A stretch of 64,000 nt of DNA from a bacterium (GTDB taxonomy: Bacteria; Krumholzibacteriota; Krumholzibacteriia; G020349025), in contig JANLSU010000017.1 of the NCBI GenBank assembly GCA_031362565.1, forward strand, positions 1 through 64,000, written 5' to 3'. The notes beneath the pieces are model-generated. The model was not told the origin of the DNA and searched no databases. It worked only from the letters and a program-made list of their open reading frames with translations. The first letter of the stretch is position 1, and each line of letters starts with the position of its first letter. Positions 1 to 10,439 of the stretch are shown here, piece by piece. The position numbers were made by a program, and so were the translations under genes.

Positions 1-1794
1 CCCATCTTATTCACGACAGGTGGCGTATAAAGGCTGACGCCCCTGCCCTGGACCTGGTAAACACGATGTGTCTTACGCATCGTCTACCTTACCCGGGAGG
101 GGCGTCATGGGTGAAGAACTTACACTGTTCCGGACGGAATTCAACTCCTCTATTCGCATCGAGTCTCGGCCGGAGCGGCTGACGTGTGAGTCGGGGGCGA
201 TCGTGTTACGGGATGTGATGGAGCGCTTGAGGCTGGGGGACTGGCTGGAGGAGCGACTCCAGGATCGGCGCAACCCGGACCGCATCACGCACCCGCAGAT
301 CGAGTTGCTGCGCACGTCGGTGCTTCTCTTGGCACAGGGGTGGCGCGACCAGGATGACGCGGATCCGCTGCGTGAAGATGCGGTGTTGCGGCTGGCCGTT
401 TCGACCCGACGCGGGGTGTCGCCTCTTAAGATTGGTCGGCGCGGCGACGGCGAGCCGGTGGCTCGGAATCCTTCCGAGCCCGAGGGTCTCCCGTCGCAGC
501 CCACTCTATCTCGCCTGGCGCGTGCGCTGGCCGAGGAGACGAATCGCGCCGTGCTTCGCGACGCACTGCTGGAGACGGCATCGCGGCGTCTCAGGGCAAT
601 GCGGGGTGGACATCGGCAGCGGCACGTGACCCTGGACATCGACTCGTTTCCCATCGAAGTGCACGGCCATCAGGTGGGATCCGAGCACAACGGCCACTAC
701 CATGCCCGCATCTTTCATCCGCTGGTCGCGACGGCTGCCGAACTGGGCGATCTTTTAGATGTACAGCTGCGACCAGGCAACGCCTACACCTCCGACGGCT
801 CGCTCGCATTCATTCTGCCGTTGCTTGATCGCGTAGAGGCGAAGCTCTGCCAGGTGGCTTCGGTGCGCATCGATGCGGGGTTTCCAGAAGAGGAACTCTT
901 GGCGGCGCTCGAGAAACGCCAGACGCCCTACGTGGCGCGAATCAAGAATAACGCGGTGCTTGACCGGTTGGCCCAGCCGTACCTCACACGACCCGTTGGC
1001 CGTCCGCCGACGGAGCCGCGCACCTGGACGGTGGAGACGATGTACAAGGCCAAGGACTGGTCGCGCGAGCGCCGAGTGGTGCTCGTGATCCAGGAGAAGC
1101 CCGACGAACTGTTGCTGCACTACTTTTGGCTGCTGACGAGCTGGACGCTCGAAGAGAAGGATGCGGACACCCTGCTTGCGACCTACCGCGAGCGCGGCAC
1201 GGCCGAGGGCCATTTGGGCGAGCTCATGAGCGTGTTGCACCCGGCCTTGTCCTCGGTCTCGAGGACGAAGACGCACTACCGAGGGAAGAAGCCGAAGAAG
1301 CGCCAGACGTCTGCGAACAGTTTTTACATCAACGAAGCGCTCTTGCTCTTGAACGCCTTGGCTTACAACGTGGCACACGCGGCGCGCGTCTTGATGGAAG
1401 TGGCAACCGGCGAGGGCTGGAGCTTGCAGCGGCTCCGCGAGCGCGTGCTGCGCATTGCCGGACGCCTGCTGATTCACGGCCGGCGTGCGACGCTCGTCGT
1501 GGCCCCCGCCTCCGCCAAGCTCTGGACAGCGCTGCTGTCACAGCTCGGTCGCCTGCATTACGCCGGGACGTAGACGTCGTCACCGACCTCCGACATCGGA
1601 CGCAAGTACGCCGTGAAAACGGCAGCGAGCCGAGCTATGGCGCGAAGCGCAGTTTTCATAGCCACCGCGCTACACTGCTTGCAGATATCCGAGAAAAACA
1701 TCGCGCGACGATGTCACCGCCGACGACGCCGGCGCGAACACCACCCTCGCCCTCAGGAGAACTCGACAGAGCCGGTGGTGGTGAATAAGATGGG
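1..1794 (+). mobile_element. IS1380-family insertion sequence
   Basis: Perfect 14-bp terminal inverted repeats (CCCATCTTATTCAC at 1-14, GTGAATAAGATGGG at 1781-1794) enclose a single DDE transposase. The right flank is AT-rich (TAATT). The left flank is outside the window, so no TSD is visible and the ends may be off by 1 bp. Confidence 0.9.
107..1573 (+). CDS. IS1380-family transposase (DDE_Tnp_1_4-like)
   Basis: Motifs DxDDAD-LR-D, SQPTLSR, TLDIDS, VRIDAGF and YRERGTAE. The ATG at 107 follows GGGAGG; the ORF track starts upstream at GTG 68. Confidence 0.9.
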   Translation: MGEELTLFRTEFNSSIRIESRPERLTCESGAIVLRDVMERLRLGDWLEERLQDRRNPDRITHPQIELLRTSVLLLAQGWRDQDDADPLREDAVLRLAVSTRRGVSPLKIGRRGDGEPVARNPSEPEGLPSQPTLSRLARALAEETNRAVLRDALLETASRRLRAMRGGHRQRHVTLDIDSFPIEVHGHQVGSEHNGHYHARIFHPLVATAAELGDLLDVQLRPGNAYTSDGSLAFILPLLDRVEAKLCQVASVRIDAGFPEEELLAALEKRQTPYVARIKNNAVLDRLAQPYLTRPVGRPPTEPRTWTVETMYKAKDWSRERRVVLVIQEKPDELLLHYFWLLTSWTLEEKDADTLLATYRERGTAEGHLGELMSVLHPALSSVSRTKTHYRGKKPKKRQTSANSFYINEALLLLNALAYNVAHAARVLMEVATGEGWSLQRLRERVLRIAGRLLIHGRRATLVVAPASAKLWTALLSQLGRLHYAGT

Positions 1795-3094
1795 GTAATT
1801 CTTGATTGAAGGCGAGGATGCTGACCGCGTCCGTGTCGTCGAGCTGCAACAAGAAATCCGCTGCGCCGGCCCGCGCATGCACGATCTTGTCTTGTTCTTT
1901 CATGCTTCCCGACACGTCCAGCACGAGCATTACATCGGCCTTTTTCTTGTGCTGAGCCCACAGCCGTGAGACGGCGTGCATGACCTCGGAACTCGGCACT
2001 TCAAGCGTGGTCTTGGGTTCGCCTGGATCGATACCGTGCGCCGCATCGAGCGGTGCCGCCAACGGAATCGCCGGATCCCCGGGCCTGAAGCCGAAGGACA
2101 TGGCGAGTTCCTGCTGCGGCCGAGCCAAGAGGAAGTCGAGGTACAAACGGGCCGCCTCGCGGTGCTCGGGCGTCACCCACTCCCGCTCGACGATTCCGGC
2201 TGGATGGTCGCTCCAGAAGGTGCCTTCCTTCGGGTACACGGCAACGACCGGCAGTTGTGGATGCACATCCGGCCCATAGGACTCGATGACGATGTTCTCA
2301 TACAGAACCGCGGCGCTCAGATACCCCGGTCCCTCGGAGAACATCTTGCGGCCGAAAAACCCCGTCGAACTGCCGTAGTGCACGACGGCCTTTTCGATGT
2401 CCGCCAGATACGCGCCTACCGGCGGCTTGGCGACATCCTGCAACGTCAGCCCCGACACTTTGCCGGTACCCGCATAGACTTCCGCGAGGATCGAAATCAG
2501 CCCGCTGTTGCTGTATTCCGGATGCGTGTGCCCAAACTTGAAGGCGCCCCACTCCGGATGCCCGCGCTCGGCCCACCCGCCGGGCCGGCGTGCCAGCGCC
2601 AGAATGTCGGACCAGCCCACCGGCTTGCGGCCCCAGCCGATCTCCTGCGCCATGGGTTTCCACATCGCAATCACCACCGGAGACAGCACCAGCGTTTCGG
2701 TGGAGCCGATCAAATCCTTCCCCGAACGGGCCCGCGATTCGGAGTTGCCGAGCTTGACGAAAGCGAGCGACGCGGGGCTGGTTAGATGTGCGTGCCGGCG
2801 CCCCTCGAGAAGTTCGTCGATGCATTCACCCGATCCGAGCGGGATGGCTTCCACATGCACGCGCGCGCCGCTGGCGAGATGGGGCTCGGTGGCCTCGAAG
2901 GCCTGGGTCGCAGCCTCGATCCACTTCTGCTTTTCCGACCCGTAGGTAAACGTGAGCTGAAGCCCGGCAGGCGCCGGCGTCGGCTGCCTGCCGCTGGTCT
3001 CCGACTCGCGACTCCGGCGTTGGCAGCCGAAGGGTGCGGTGAGCGCCGCCACGAGCAAGAACCGCACGGACGCGAGCGCGATGGTACGTAGCAT
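1795..3094 (-). pseudogene. Substrate-binding domain + vWA lipoprotein, interrupted by the IS
   Basis: Lipobox PFGC, YGSEK/SPVVIAMW/THPEYSNSG substrate-binding motifs and the vWA MIDAS motif DVSGSM. The frame runs into the right IR of the IS just after LAFNQEL, so the vWA domain is incomplete. Confidence 0.85.
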
Positions 3095-3720
3095 GGCGGC
3101 ATTCTAGCCGCGGGTCCGGGCCGGCGTCGATGCAAAACCCGTCGACGCTTGCCCGGGCTTCTTAACACATTCTTAAGAAATGGCCTTGGGGGGAAGGCGC
3201 GCCGGCGGCAGGCATTCCGAGATGCGCTCCATGTGCCGACGAAGTCAGTTTCGAAATGCTCTGATAGCAGGAACCCGTGTGCACGGCAGCGGCGAACGGA
3301 CGATGCAGCCGTCGCACTTGTGCGTCACCTGCGGTGCGCTCGCGACTCGACGCGCGTGTTGTGCCGCGCGACATGACTGCGCCGCACGTGTTGCTCGTTT
3401 GCAGTTGACGTAAGGTCCTGTTCGGCGTGCCGCATTTTCTTTTGTTTGCGTTGCGTTTGTTAGGAATCGGCACTCGCATGCCACATCCAGACGTTTTCCA
3501 ATCACCTGCGCGCGTCCATACAACTGGTATTGGCAACTTTCTAGCCGCTTGCACTCCGCAAACCCGCTCTGGGCGTGCGAAAGCGCGCGGTGCGCTTGAA
3601 ACTTACCGGCGCGACTTCTACGATCATCGCATTCCGCACTGCAGTCGCTACTCCGCGCTTCGAGCGCCCGAGAGCGTCGGAACACTCAGTCAGCGTGCGG
3701 CCACGTCAGGAGGTCCGTCG

Positions 3721-5532
3721 ATGTCCTTGAAGAAGATGGCACTGCTGGTCGCAGTGCTGATGGGATTCAGCGCACCGGCATTCGCGGTTGCGCCAATTTT
3801 GAAACTGCTGCAGGGGCCGACTACCGGCAGCTGTGGTGTGACTGTCCGCGTCATGGTGGATCCACAGAACAACATCATCGACGTGTCACAGTTCACGATC
3901 CGGTACAAGAGCACTTGCATGACGTTCAACTCAGCGGTGCTTGGGACGAACGCGCCGGCGTCGTCCTCGGTCGACACGAACGAGCCGGCGCCGACGGCCG
4001 ATTTCCCAATCTGCGGTGCTCCATTCTGTACCACGTGCTCGACGACGTTCGACAAGCACGTCGTGGTGCTGGTCGCGCCGCCCGCCGGTCAGACATACAC
4101 TGGTACAGGCGACAAGGAAATCGCTATCCTCAATTTCACGGCGACAACGCCGGGGACGAGCTGCACGATCGAATGGGACCAGTCGAATCCCCCGGGGCTC
4201 AAGCCGACGTACGTTCATGCTGCGGTCGATCTTTTCGGAACCAGCCTGGCCTTCATACCGAACGCCGTGAACGGCGCGGCGTGCGCAGGACTCCCGATCG
4301 TAGTGCCGAGCCCGAGCGTGACTGGTACCGTGAACTATTACGCGCCCTTGCCATTTCCCCAGCCGAACTTCGTTCCGAATGTCTCGGTGGCACTGGTTCC
4401 CCCCGCGGTGCCCGCGGTTGGCACCACCAACTCCTCCGGCCAGTACTCGGTGGTCGGCGCCGTTTCCGGCACCAATGTCACTGCCACTCCCACGAAATCT
4501 CCGGAGCCCGGCGACCCAAGCTCGATCGGTGGCGGCGACATCAACAAACTCATTCTGGCTCTGGCGGCCTTGGTGACGCTGACTCCGGACCAGCAGATCG
4601 CGGCCGATGTGGACCTGAGCGGCGTACCGCCCAACTCAACGGATTTGCAGAAGCTTCGTCGGTACGTGGTTTTCGACTTTGCCTCGTGCCCGAATTGCGC
4701 GACCTGGCGTTTCAATTGCCTACCCGGTGATACACAGTCCCCGTGCAACATCCCCGTTGTCGGTTGCACACCAACCGTCCTCAACCTCAAAGGCATCTTC
4801 CGCGGTGACGTCGACTCGAGTTGGCCGTCGCGCGCCAAACCGTCGGCCCCGACTCTCGGGACGGTCGTTTTCGGCACCCCCGTGTGGGAGGGCGATCTGC
4901 TCCGCCTGCCGGTCCTGACCAACCAGGATCCGACCGGCCTCTCGAGTTCCGTGTTTACGTTGAACTACGACCCGGCCCAGCTCGAGTTCGTCTCGGCCGA
5001 GCCCGGTGCCAACACGGCACGTTTCGAGTTGACCGTGAACGCCGCCCAGCCGGGTTTGGTGCACGGCCTCCTGACAGGCGGCCTCGAACCGGATGCCGCA
5101 TCGGGTGAAATCCTTGCCGTGCACTTCCGTGCCCGCAACAAGGGATCGGCGCATGTTTCGTTCTCGCGTCTGTTCTTGAATGACCATTCGGCCACGACGT
5201 TGCCCGAAATCGAGATTGCCCGCGGCTCCGGCACCGCGACGCTGCCCAAGACCTTCGCAATGAAGGCAGCGCCGAATCCGTTCAACCCCACGACCCGCGT
5301 CGATTACAGCATCCCAGGCAGCAACGGCAGCGTGCCGGTATCGCTGCAGGTGTGCGATTTGTCCGGCCGTGTGATCCGCGAACTCGTGCGGACAACACAA
5401 CCCTCCGGCAGCTATCACGCGGTGTGGGACGGTCGCGACGGAAGTGGCGAGACACTTGCTTCTGGCGTGTACATGATCCACCTACGCGCAGGGGACTGGC
5501 GCTCGTCGCAGAAGGTGATTCTGCTGAAGTAG
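3721..5532 (+). CDS. Secreted cohesin-like + dockerin-like + cohesin-like protein with C-terminal FlgD-Ig (PNPFNP) domain
   Basis: AGGAGG RBS, signal peptide ending AFA, two cohesin-like segments (FTIRYK..MTF, FTLNYDPAQLEF), dockerin-like AADVDLSG..NSTDLQKL, and tail PNPFNP..WDGRD..ASGVY. Confidence 0.75.
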   Translation: MSLKKMALLVAVLMGFSAPAFAVAPILKLLQGPTTGSCGVTVRVMVDPQNNIIDVSQFTIRYKSTCMTFNSAVLGTNAPASSSVDTNEPAPTADFPICGAPFCTTCSTTFDKHVVVLVAPPAGQTYTGTGDKEIAILNFTATTPGTSCTIEWDQSNPPGLKPTYVHAAVDLFGTSLAFIPNAVNGAACAGLPIVVPSPSVTGTVNYYAPLPFPQPNFVPNVSVALVPPAVPAVGTTNSSGQYSVVGAVSGTNVTATPTKSPEPGDPSSIGGGDINKLILALAALVTLTPDQQIAADVDLSGVPPNSTDLQKLRRYVVFDFASCPNCATWRFNCLPGDTQSPCNIPVVGCTPTVLNLKGIFRGDVDSSWPSRAKPSAPTLGTVVFGTPVWEGDLLRLPVLTNQDPTGLSSSVFTLNYDPAQLEFVSAEPGANTARFELTVNAAQPGLVHGLLTGGLEPDAASGEILAVHFRARNKGSAHVSFSRLFLNDHSATTLPEIEIARGSGTATLPKTFAMKAAPNPFNPTTRVDYSIPGSNGSVPVSLQVCDLSGRVIRELVRTTQPSGSYHAVWDGRDGSGETLASGVYMIHLRAGDWRSSQKVILLK

Positions 5533-5570
5533 AGCGCAGCGGTCAGCGCGTTCAACGCCGGGAGGATGTC

Positions 5571-6401
5571 ATGTTCCGGCGACTGACGATGTTCACCGCA
5601 GTTCTCGCTCTCGTAAGCGAGTCCGCCTGGGGCCAGACCGCGACGCTCCGGATCCATCCGAGCGTCGTGGTCGGCTCTCCAGGCGGAATCGTAAATGTGC
5701 CCGTCTGGATTTCGACCCCCGACCACGTCAGCATCGTTCGCTTCACGGTGGACTACAACACCAGTGCCGCGACGTTTCTGTCGGCGCAGGTGGGCACCGA
5801 CGCGGCAGCCGCGAACTTCACGATCGCGGGCCTCAATCCCAACCTGCCCTTCGCTCCCAAGACGCCTGGCACCAATGACAATGTTCTGGTGCTAGCGCTC
5901 TCCAGCAGCAGCGGGTGGATTTCGGGCAACAACAAGGAACTCGTCGTACTTCGCTTTACGTTGGCGACTGGTGGCTGCAAGACGTCGCCCATCAACTTCG
6001 ACACCGACTGCAATCACACCGATGGCTCGACGTTTGAAGGTCAATATCTCTGCGGAGCCAATCTGCACCTCTTCGGTGGTGCGATGGCCAACGGGTGCGC
6101 GACGGACGCCATGGCCGAACCGCTCGGCCTGCGATTGCATCAGAACACGCCGAATCCGTTCAACCCGACGACGCAGCTCGCGTTCGAGATCCCGTACGAC
6201 GGGCCGGTGACACTGGAAATCGTGGACGTCGCGGGACATCGCGTTCGGACGCTCGTGAGCGGCAACCTCACCGGCGGCACGCATCTCAGTGTATGGGACG
6301 GACGCAGCGACGCGGGCTCCCGCGCCAGCGCCGGCGTGTACTACGCGCGCCTGCGGACGCCGGATGCGACGACCAGTCGTTCATTGGTCCTGGTGCAGTA
6401 A
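5571..6401 (+). CDS. Secreted cohesin-like protein with FlgD-Ig C-terminal domain
   Basis: GGGAGG RBS, signal peptide, VNVPVWI..FTVDYN..ATFLSA cohesin pattern and HQNTPNPFNP..WDGRSD..AGVY tail. Confidence 0.75.
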   Translation: MFRRLTMFTAVLALVSESAWGQTATLRIHPSVVVGSPGGIVNVPVWISTPDHVSIVRFTVDYNTSAATFLSAQVGTDAAAANFTIAGLNPNLPFAPKTPGTNDNVLVLALSSSSGWISGNNKELVVLRFTLATGGCKTSPINFDTDCNHTDGSTFEGQYLCGANLHLFGGAMANGCATDAMAEPLGLRLHQNTPNPFNPTTQLAFEIPYDGPVTLEIVDVAGHRVRTLVSGNLTGGTHLSVWDGRSDAGSRASAGVYYARLRTPDATTSRSLVLVQ

Positions 6402-6405
6402 GGCA

Positions 6406-7335
6406 TCACTCCGCGCCGCTGTGTATTCTTGGATACAGGCGGCGTGTCGCGGCGTCAATCTGCTCCCACGCCGTTCGCTCACAGTCCGGCCCGAGGGGTG
6501 GTCCGACAAACGACCGCATGGTCGTCGCCGTGACGTCGACCAACCACACGACGGGAACGCGCAGTAGAGGGTAGTCGAGTTGTGCTTCTTCGGCGTCGAG
6601 GGGCGCGTTGCCGGCGAGCACGAAACGATGGTCGTCGACCCACGCCGCGAAGTTGATCGATTCGGTGGTCGTCACCCAGTGCAGGACGAGCCGGCCGGTG
6701 GATTTCTCGAGCAGCTGCCAACCGGTGTCGGCGTCAGCGCCCATGCCGCCCCGTTGGTCGAACTCGATACCGACCATTCGATCCAGCACCCACCGGCCAC
6801 TCGGCGATGGAATGAGTACTCCAAGCCGGGCGCGCCGCTGCTCTCTTTCCGACGCCAGGTCGATAACGATGCTGGTCTTCAACTGCGGCATCATGTAGTC
6901 GCGTGACGACAGCAGATCGTCCAGTGTGATTCCCGGCCGGCATTCGGAATGGGCGCGAATCCACGCTGCAAGCGGATCGCGGCGGAATACCGCCCGCACA
7001 TCCGCCGGCAAGACTGCGTCCGCCGTGCGCTGCGGGCGCTCGAGTGCCACCGCAAGCGATGACTTCCCGCCCCGCCTCCATGGACTCGTGCGCGCTGCCG
7101 CCCAAGCGACACGCAGCGCTGCAACCACCGAGTCGGTGCGAGCCCCCGACACGGCACTCACCGCCGGTACGATGGCCCGCACGCGGCCGATTGAATCAGC
7201 CGCGACCTGCACGATCACAACGCCGTGCGTGCGCGCATAGTCGAGTTCGACGGTGCGTGGTGATTCAGCGGCGGCGAACGCCGCACGCACTGCAAGCCCG
7301 CAGACAAGGACTGCCGCACCCCAGGAAGCCATCAT
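6406..7335 (-). CDS. Hypothetical secreted protein
   Basis: The ATG at 7335 overlaps the upstream stop (ATGA). Signal-peptide-like N-terminus ending AAFA. No family recognised. Confidence 0.55.
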   Translation of the reverse strand: MMASWGAAVLVCGLAVRAAFAAAESPRTVELDYARTHGVVIVQVAADSIGRVRAIVPAVSAVSGARTDSVVAALRVAWAAARTSPWRRGGKSSLAVALERPQRTADAVLPADVRAVFRRDPLAAWIRAHSECRPGITLDDLLSSRDYMMPQLKTSIVIDLASEREQRRARLGVLIPSPSGRWVLDRMVGIEFDQRGGMGADADTGWQLLEKSTGRLVLHWVTTTESINFAAWVDDHRFVLAGNAPLDAEEAQLDYPLLRVPVVWLVDVTATTMRSFVGPPLGPDCERTAWEQIDAATRRLYPRIHSGAE

Positions 7336-8060
7336 TTGTAGAGCTGTTTCACATCCGCCCAGGTCTTCATGGCGACTGCGACCGGCGCGCAGGGGCTCGG
7401 CACGGCGCTCGTAACGTGCAGCAAATGCCCGCAGCAGTTGCAGCAGTACTCCACGGTGCCGTACAGCAGGACCTCGGTGTCCGTTCCGATGTACTGGCTC
7501 AGTTCCGGAAAACCATAACCGGCGCGGAAATACCACGGACACCCTTCGGCGCAAGTCTCGATTGCGAACGCCGACGACGCGTCCTGCTGTAGCACCAATT
7601 TCCCGTGCGCGATCGGCGTTGGGTCAGGTCCGACGGTGGCGAACACGATAATCGGGAAACCCCAAGTGGTCGGATCGAACGCGCGACTGAAAGCCGTGGG
7701 ATCGCTGGCAAACAAGCCACAAATCGGCAACACCGCCTGCCCCACTGCCTCGTAGACGTAACTCGTATTGAGGTCGACGCCGCCGTCGAATACCTGCAGC
7801 GTCCGTGCCCCGCTCTGCCGTGGAATCGACTGGATGCAGGTCCACGGTCCGCAGGGATAGATGGCGCGGCGCCGGATGCCGATCCCCACGCAATCACTCG
7901 CACCGCCGGTGTCATCGATCTGAACGTCGAGAATGACCCCGGCATGCGGTGACCCCGGAGCCGACAAACTCGTCGCGGTCATGTGGATGGAACCGGCAAA
8001 GGCAGAGGTTGCGGCGAACGCAGCGGCGACAACAAGCAGCGGAAGGTAGCGTTGGTTCAT
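7332..8060 (-). CDS. Secreted Cys-rich protein with W-x2-VK-x-LY C-terminal tail
   Basis: GGGAGG RBS, signal peptide ending AFA, a CCNCC motif, and C-terminus VAVAMKTWADVKQLYK. Confidence 0.75.
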   Translation of the reverse strand: MNQRYLPLLVVAAAFAATSAFAGSIHMTATSLSAPGSPHAGVILDVQIDDTGGASDCVGIGIRRRAIYPCGPWTCIQSIPRQSGARTLQVFDGGVDLNTSYVYEAVGQAVLPICGLFASDPTAFSRAFDPTTWGFPIIVFATVGPDPTPIAHGKLVLQQDASSAFAIETCAEGCPWYFRAGYGFPELSQYIGTDTEVLLYGTVEYCCNCCGHLLHVTSAVPSPCAPVAVAMKTWADVKQLYK

Positions 8061-8261
8061 GATGGCCCTCCCGGGTCGAGGTAGAGCGCGAACCGCACCA
8101 ACTGCATGATTATAACGCTGCGAGGCCTCGAGAAACAGGCTCTTCTCCCGCGCCTGAACCCGACCTTGGCATGCACCCTTCGTTCCAGTACCCTGCAGTT
8201 GCCGCGACGCCTTCGAGATGCATCCAAGGGACGAGCGGCTTCTTCACCGAAGGAGATTGCC

Positions 8262-8978
8262 ATGACGAGTGGATTCCCTGGCACCCTGGTGGCGGCGGCA
8301 CCGATCGAGGCACGCCGCGCCTACCTGCGTAAGGCGCTTGGATACGCTTGCGGTGGCCTGGCGATTTGTGGAATGACGGGCGTCGCGTCGATGCTCTTCC
8401 TGGCCTCGCACCCGACCCTCCTGACCGGCTTCGGCCCTATGGCGATCATCTTGGGTTGCTGGGCGCTGACGAATTTCGTCGCGCGGCCCATGGTCTTCGG
8501 GACTGGAAACAAGATCGCGGGTTTCTTCCTCGGCACCGTTGCACAGGGTGCGGCGCTCGGATTCTTGCTCCTGGTCGCCGTCCTCGTCTCGAAGCAGGAC
8601 TTCGGCAATCCGTACTCCTACATCGGCATGGCAATCACGCTGACGCTCGTGGCCGGCATGGGGATCGCCGGCTACGTGCTGGCGGGGCCGCGCGAGTTTT
8701 CGCTCTTGGGCGCCGGACTCTCGGCCACGTTTTTGCCCATGCTGGTTCTGATGGCGGTGTCGTTCGCATTCCCGCAGTTCGTCGGTGGGACGTTCGGCAT
8801 CATTGTCGCCGCCGTATTCGTCCTCATCTCGGCGGCGGGGCTCCTGTACCAGTTGAACCTTGTCGTGCACAAGTTCACGACCGAGATGCATGTCGAGGGC
8901 GGCTACCTGATCGCCATCGGCGTCGTCGTGCTCTTCTGGAACATTCTCTCGCTGTTGCTTCGCATGCGCCGGCGGTGA
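8262..8978 (+). CDS. Bax inhibitor-1/YccA-family membrane protein
   Basis: AAGGAG RBS, R.AYLRK at the N-terminus, about 7 hydrophobic segments and a LFWNILSLL end. Confidence 0.75.
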   Translation: MTSGFPGTLVAAAPIEARRAYLRKALGYACGGLAICGMTGVASMLFLASHPTLLTGFGPMAIILGCWALTNFVARPMVFGTGNKIAGFFLGTVAQGAALGFLLLVAVLVSKQDFGNPYSYIGMAITLTLVAGMGIAGYVLAGPREFSLLGAGLSATFLPMLVLMAVSFAFPQFVGGTFGIIVAAVFVLISAAGLLYQLNLVVHKFTTEMHVEGGYLIAIGVVVLFWNILSLLLRMRRR

Positions 8979-8988
8979 AACAACTGCG

Positions 8989-10275
8989 ATGAATGCCGAT
9001 ATCTGCGCCGAACTGGCCTGGCGCGGCCTGATTCAACAGACCACGGACGACGCGTTTCTGCCGGGCTGGCTGCGCGACGGCAGCCGCACGCTCTATGCGG
9101 GGTTCGACCCTACGGCCGACAGCCTGCATGTCGGTAGCCTGATGCCACTCATGGCGCTGCGGCGTTTCCAGCGCGCCGGCCACCGGCCGATCGCGCTGGT
9201 GGGTGGCGCCACGGGCATGATCGGCGATCCGAGCGGCAAGAGCGAGGAGCGGAATCTGCTCTCGGTCGAGGTGCTGCGCGCCAACGTCGCGGCCCTCGAC
9301 ACCCAGATCCGCCGCTTTCTCGACTTCGATTCGCCGTCGTGCGGCGCGACGGTCATCGACAACTACGAGTGGATGCACAAGTTCAGCTTCTTGGAATTCC
9401 TGCGCGACGTCGGCAAGCATGTTCCGGTCGGCGTCATGCTGGCCAAGGATTCGGTCAAGAACCGCCTCGGTCGCGAAGACACGGGTCTCAGCTATACCGA
9501 GTTCAGTTACATGCTCCTGCAGGCGTACGACTTCGTGGTTCTGAGCCGCACGCACGGTTGCCAATTGCAAATCGGCGGCAGCGATCAATGGGGCAACATC
9601 ACGGCGGGCATCGATCTCGCACGGCGCTTGGGCGCCGGGCAACTCTATGGGTTCACGTTTCCGCTCCTGCTGACGTCCACCGGACAGAAGATGGGCAAGA
9701 CCGAACGCGGCACCATCTGGCTGTCCAAGGAGCGTACGAGTCCGTATGCGTTCTATCAGTACTGGCTAAACGCGAGCGATGCGGATGCCGGAACGTGTTT
9801 GCGGTTTCTGACCGAATTGCCGCGCGAAGAAATCGAGGCTCTCGATGCCTCGCGCGCCGCGGAACCGGAGAAGCGCGACAGCCAGCGCCGCCTGGCCGAG
9901 TGGATGACGCGCCTGGTGCACGGCAGCGAGGGTCTTGCCACCGCCGAGCGCGCCACCAGCATTCTCTTCGGTGCGGAGATCGAGCACCTCGACGACGGCC
10001 AGCTCCTGGAGATTTTCGCCGACGTCCCCAGCAAGACCGTGGCGAAGGATCGTCTGGCGGGAAGCGGCCTGCCTTTGGTCGATGCTCTCGTCGACTCGGG
10101 TCTGGCGGCCTCCAAGAGCGAAGCCCGGCGCACGATCGAGCAAGGTGGCGCCTACATCAACAACCGGCGCGCGGCTGATTTGGCGCGGACGATCACGGCG
10201 GCGGACTTGGCGAGCGAGACGGTCGTCGTGCTGCGCTCTGGCCGCAGAAAATACGGTCTCCTGCGGTTCTCCTGA
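8989..10275 (+). CDS. tyrS: Tyrosine--tRNA ligase
   Basis: YAGFDPTADSLHVG, IGDPSGK, QIGGSDQWGNI, KMGKT and a C-terminal S4 domain. Confidence 0.97.
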   Translation: MNADICAELAWRGLIQQTTDDAFLPGWLRDGSRTLYAGFDPTADSLHVGSLMPLMALRRFQRAGHRPIALVGGATGMIGDPSGKSEERNLLSVEVLRANVAALDTQIRRFLDFDSPSCGATVIDNYEWMHKFSFLEFLRDVGKHVPVGVMLAKDSVKNRLGREDTGLSYTEFSYMLLQAYDFVVLSRTHGCQLQIGGSDQWGNITAGIDLARRLGAGQLYGFTFPLLLTSTGQKMGKTERGTIWLSKERTSPYAFYQYWLNASDADAGTCLRFLTELPREEIEALDASRAAEPEKRDSQRRLAEWMTRLVHGSEGLATAERATSILFGAEIEHLDDGQLLEIFADVPSKTVAKDRLAGSGLPLVDALVDSGLAASKSEARRTIEQGGAYINNRRAADLARTITAADLASETVVVLRSGRRKYGLLRFS

Positions 10276-10439
10276 CCCTTCCCGACATCCCCCACCGCGG
10301 CATCCCAGCGCATCCGGCACCCGGCGCCCCAAGAGTCGATTGCGGACCGCGAGACCGAGGGTTATCCTCGTGGCATCCCGCCGACATCGACGATTGCCGG
10401 TTTGGTGCCCTGGCGGATCGGCAATCCGTGAGGAGACTG

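Noticed and set aside
1574..1794. Passenger gene in the 3' part of the IS
   Set aside because: Only short ORFs without an RBS or motifs are present.
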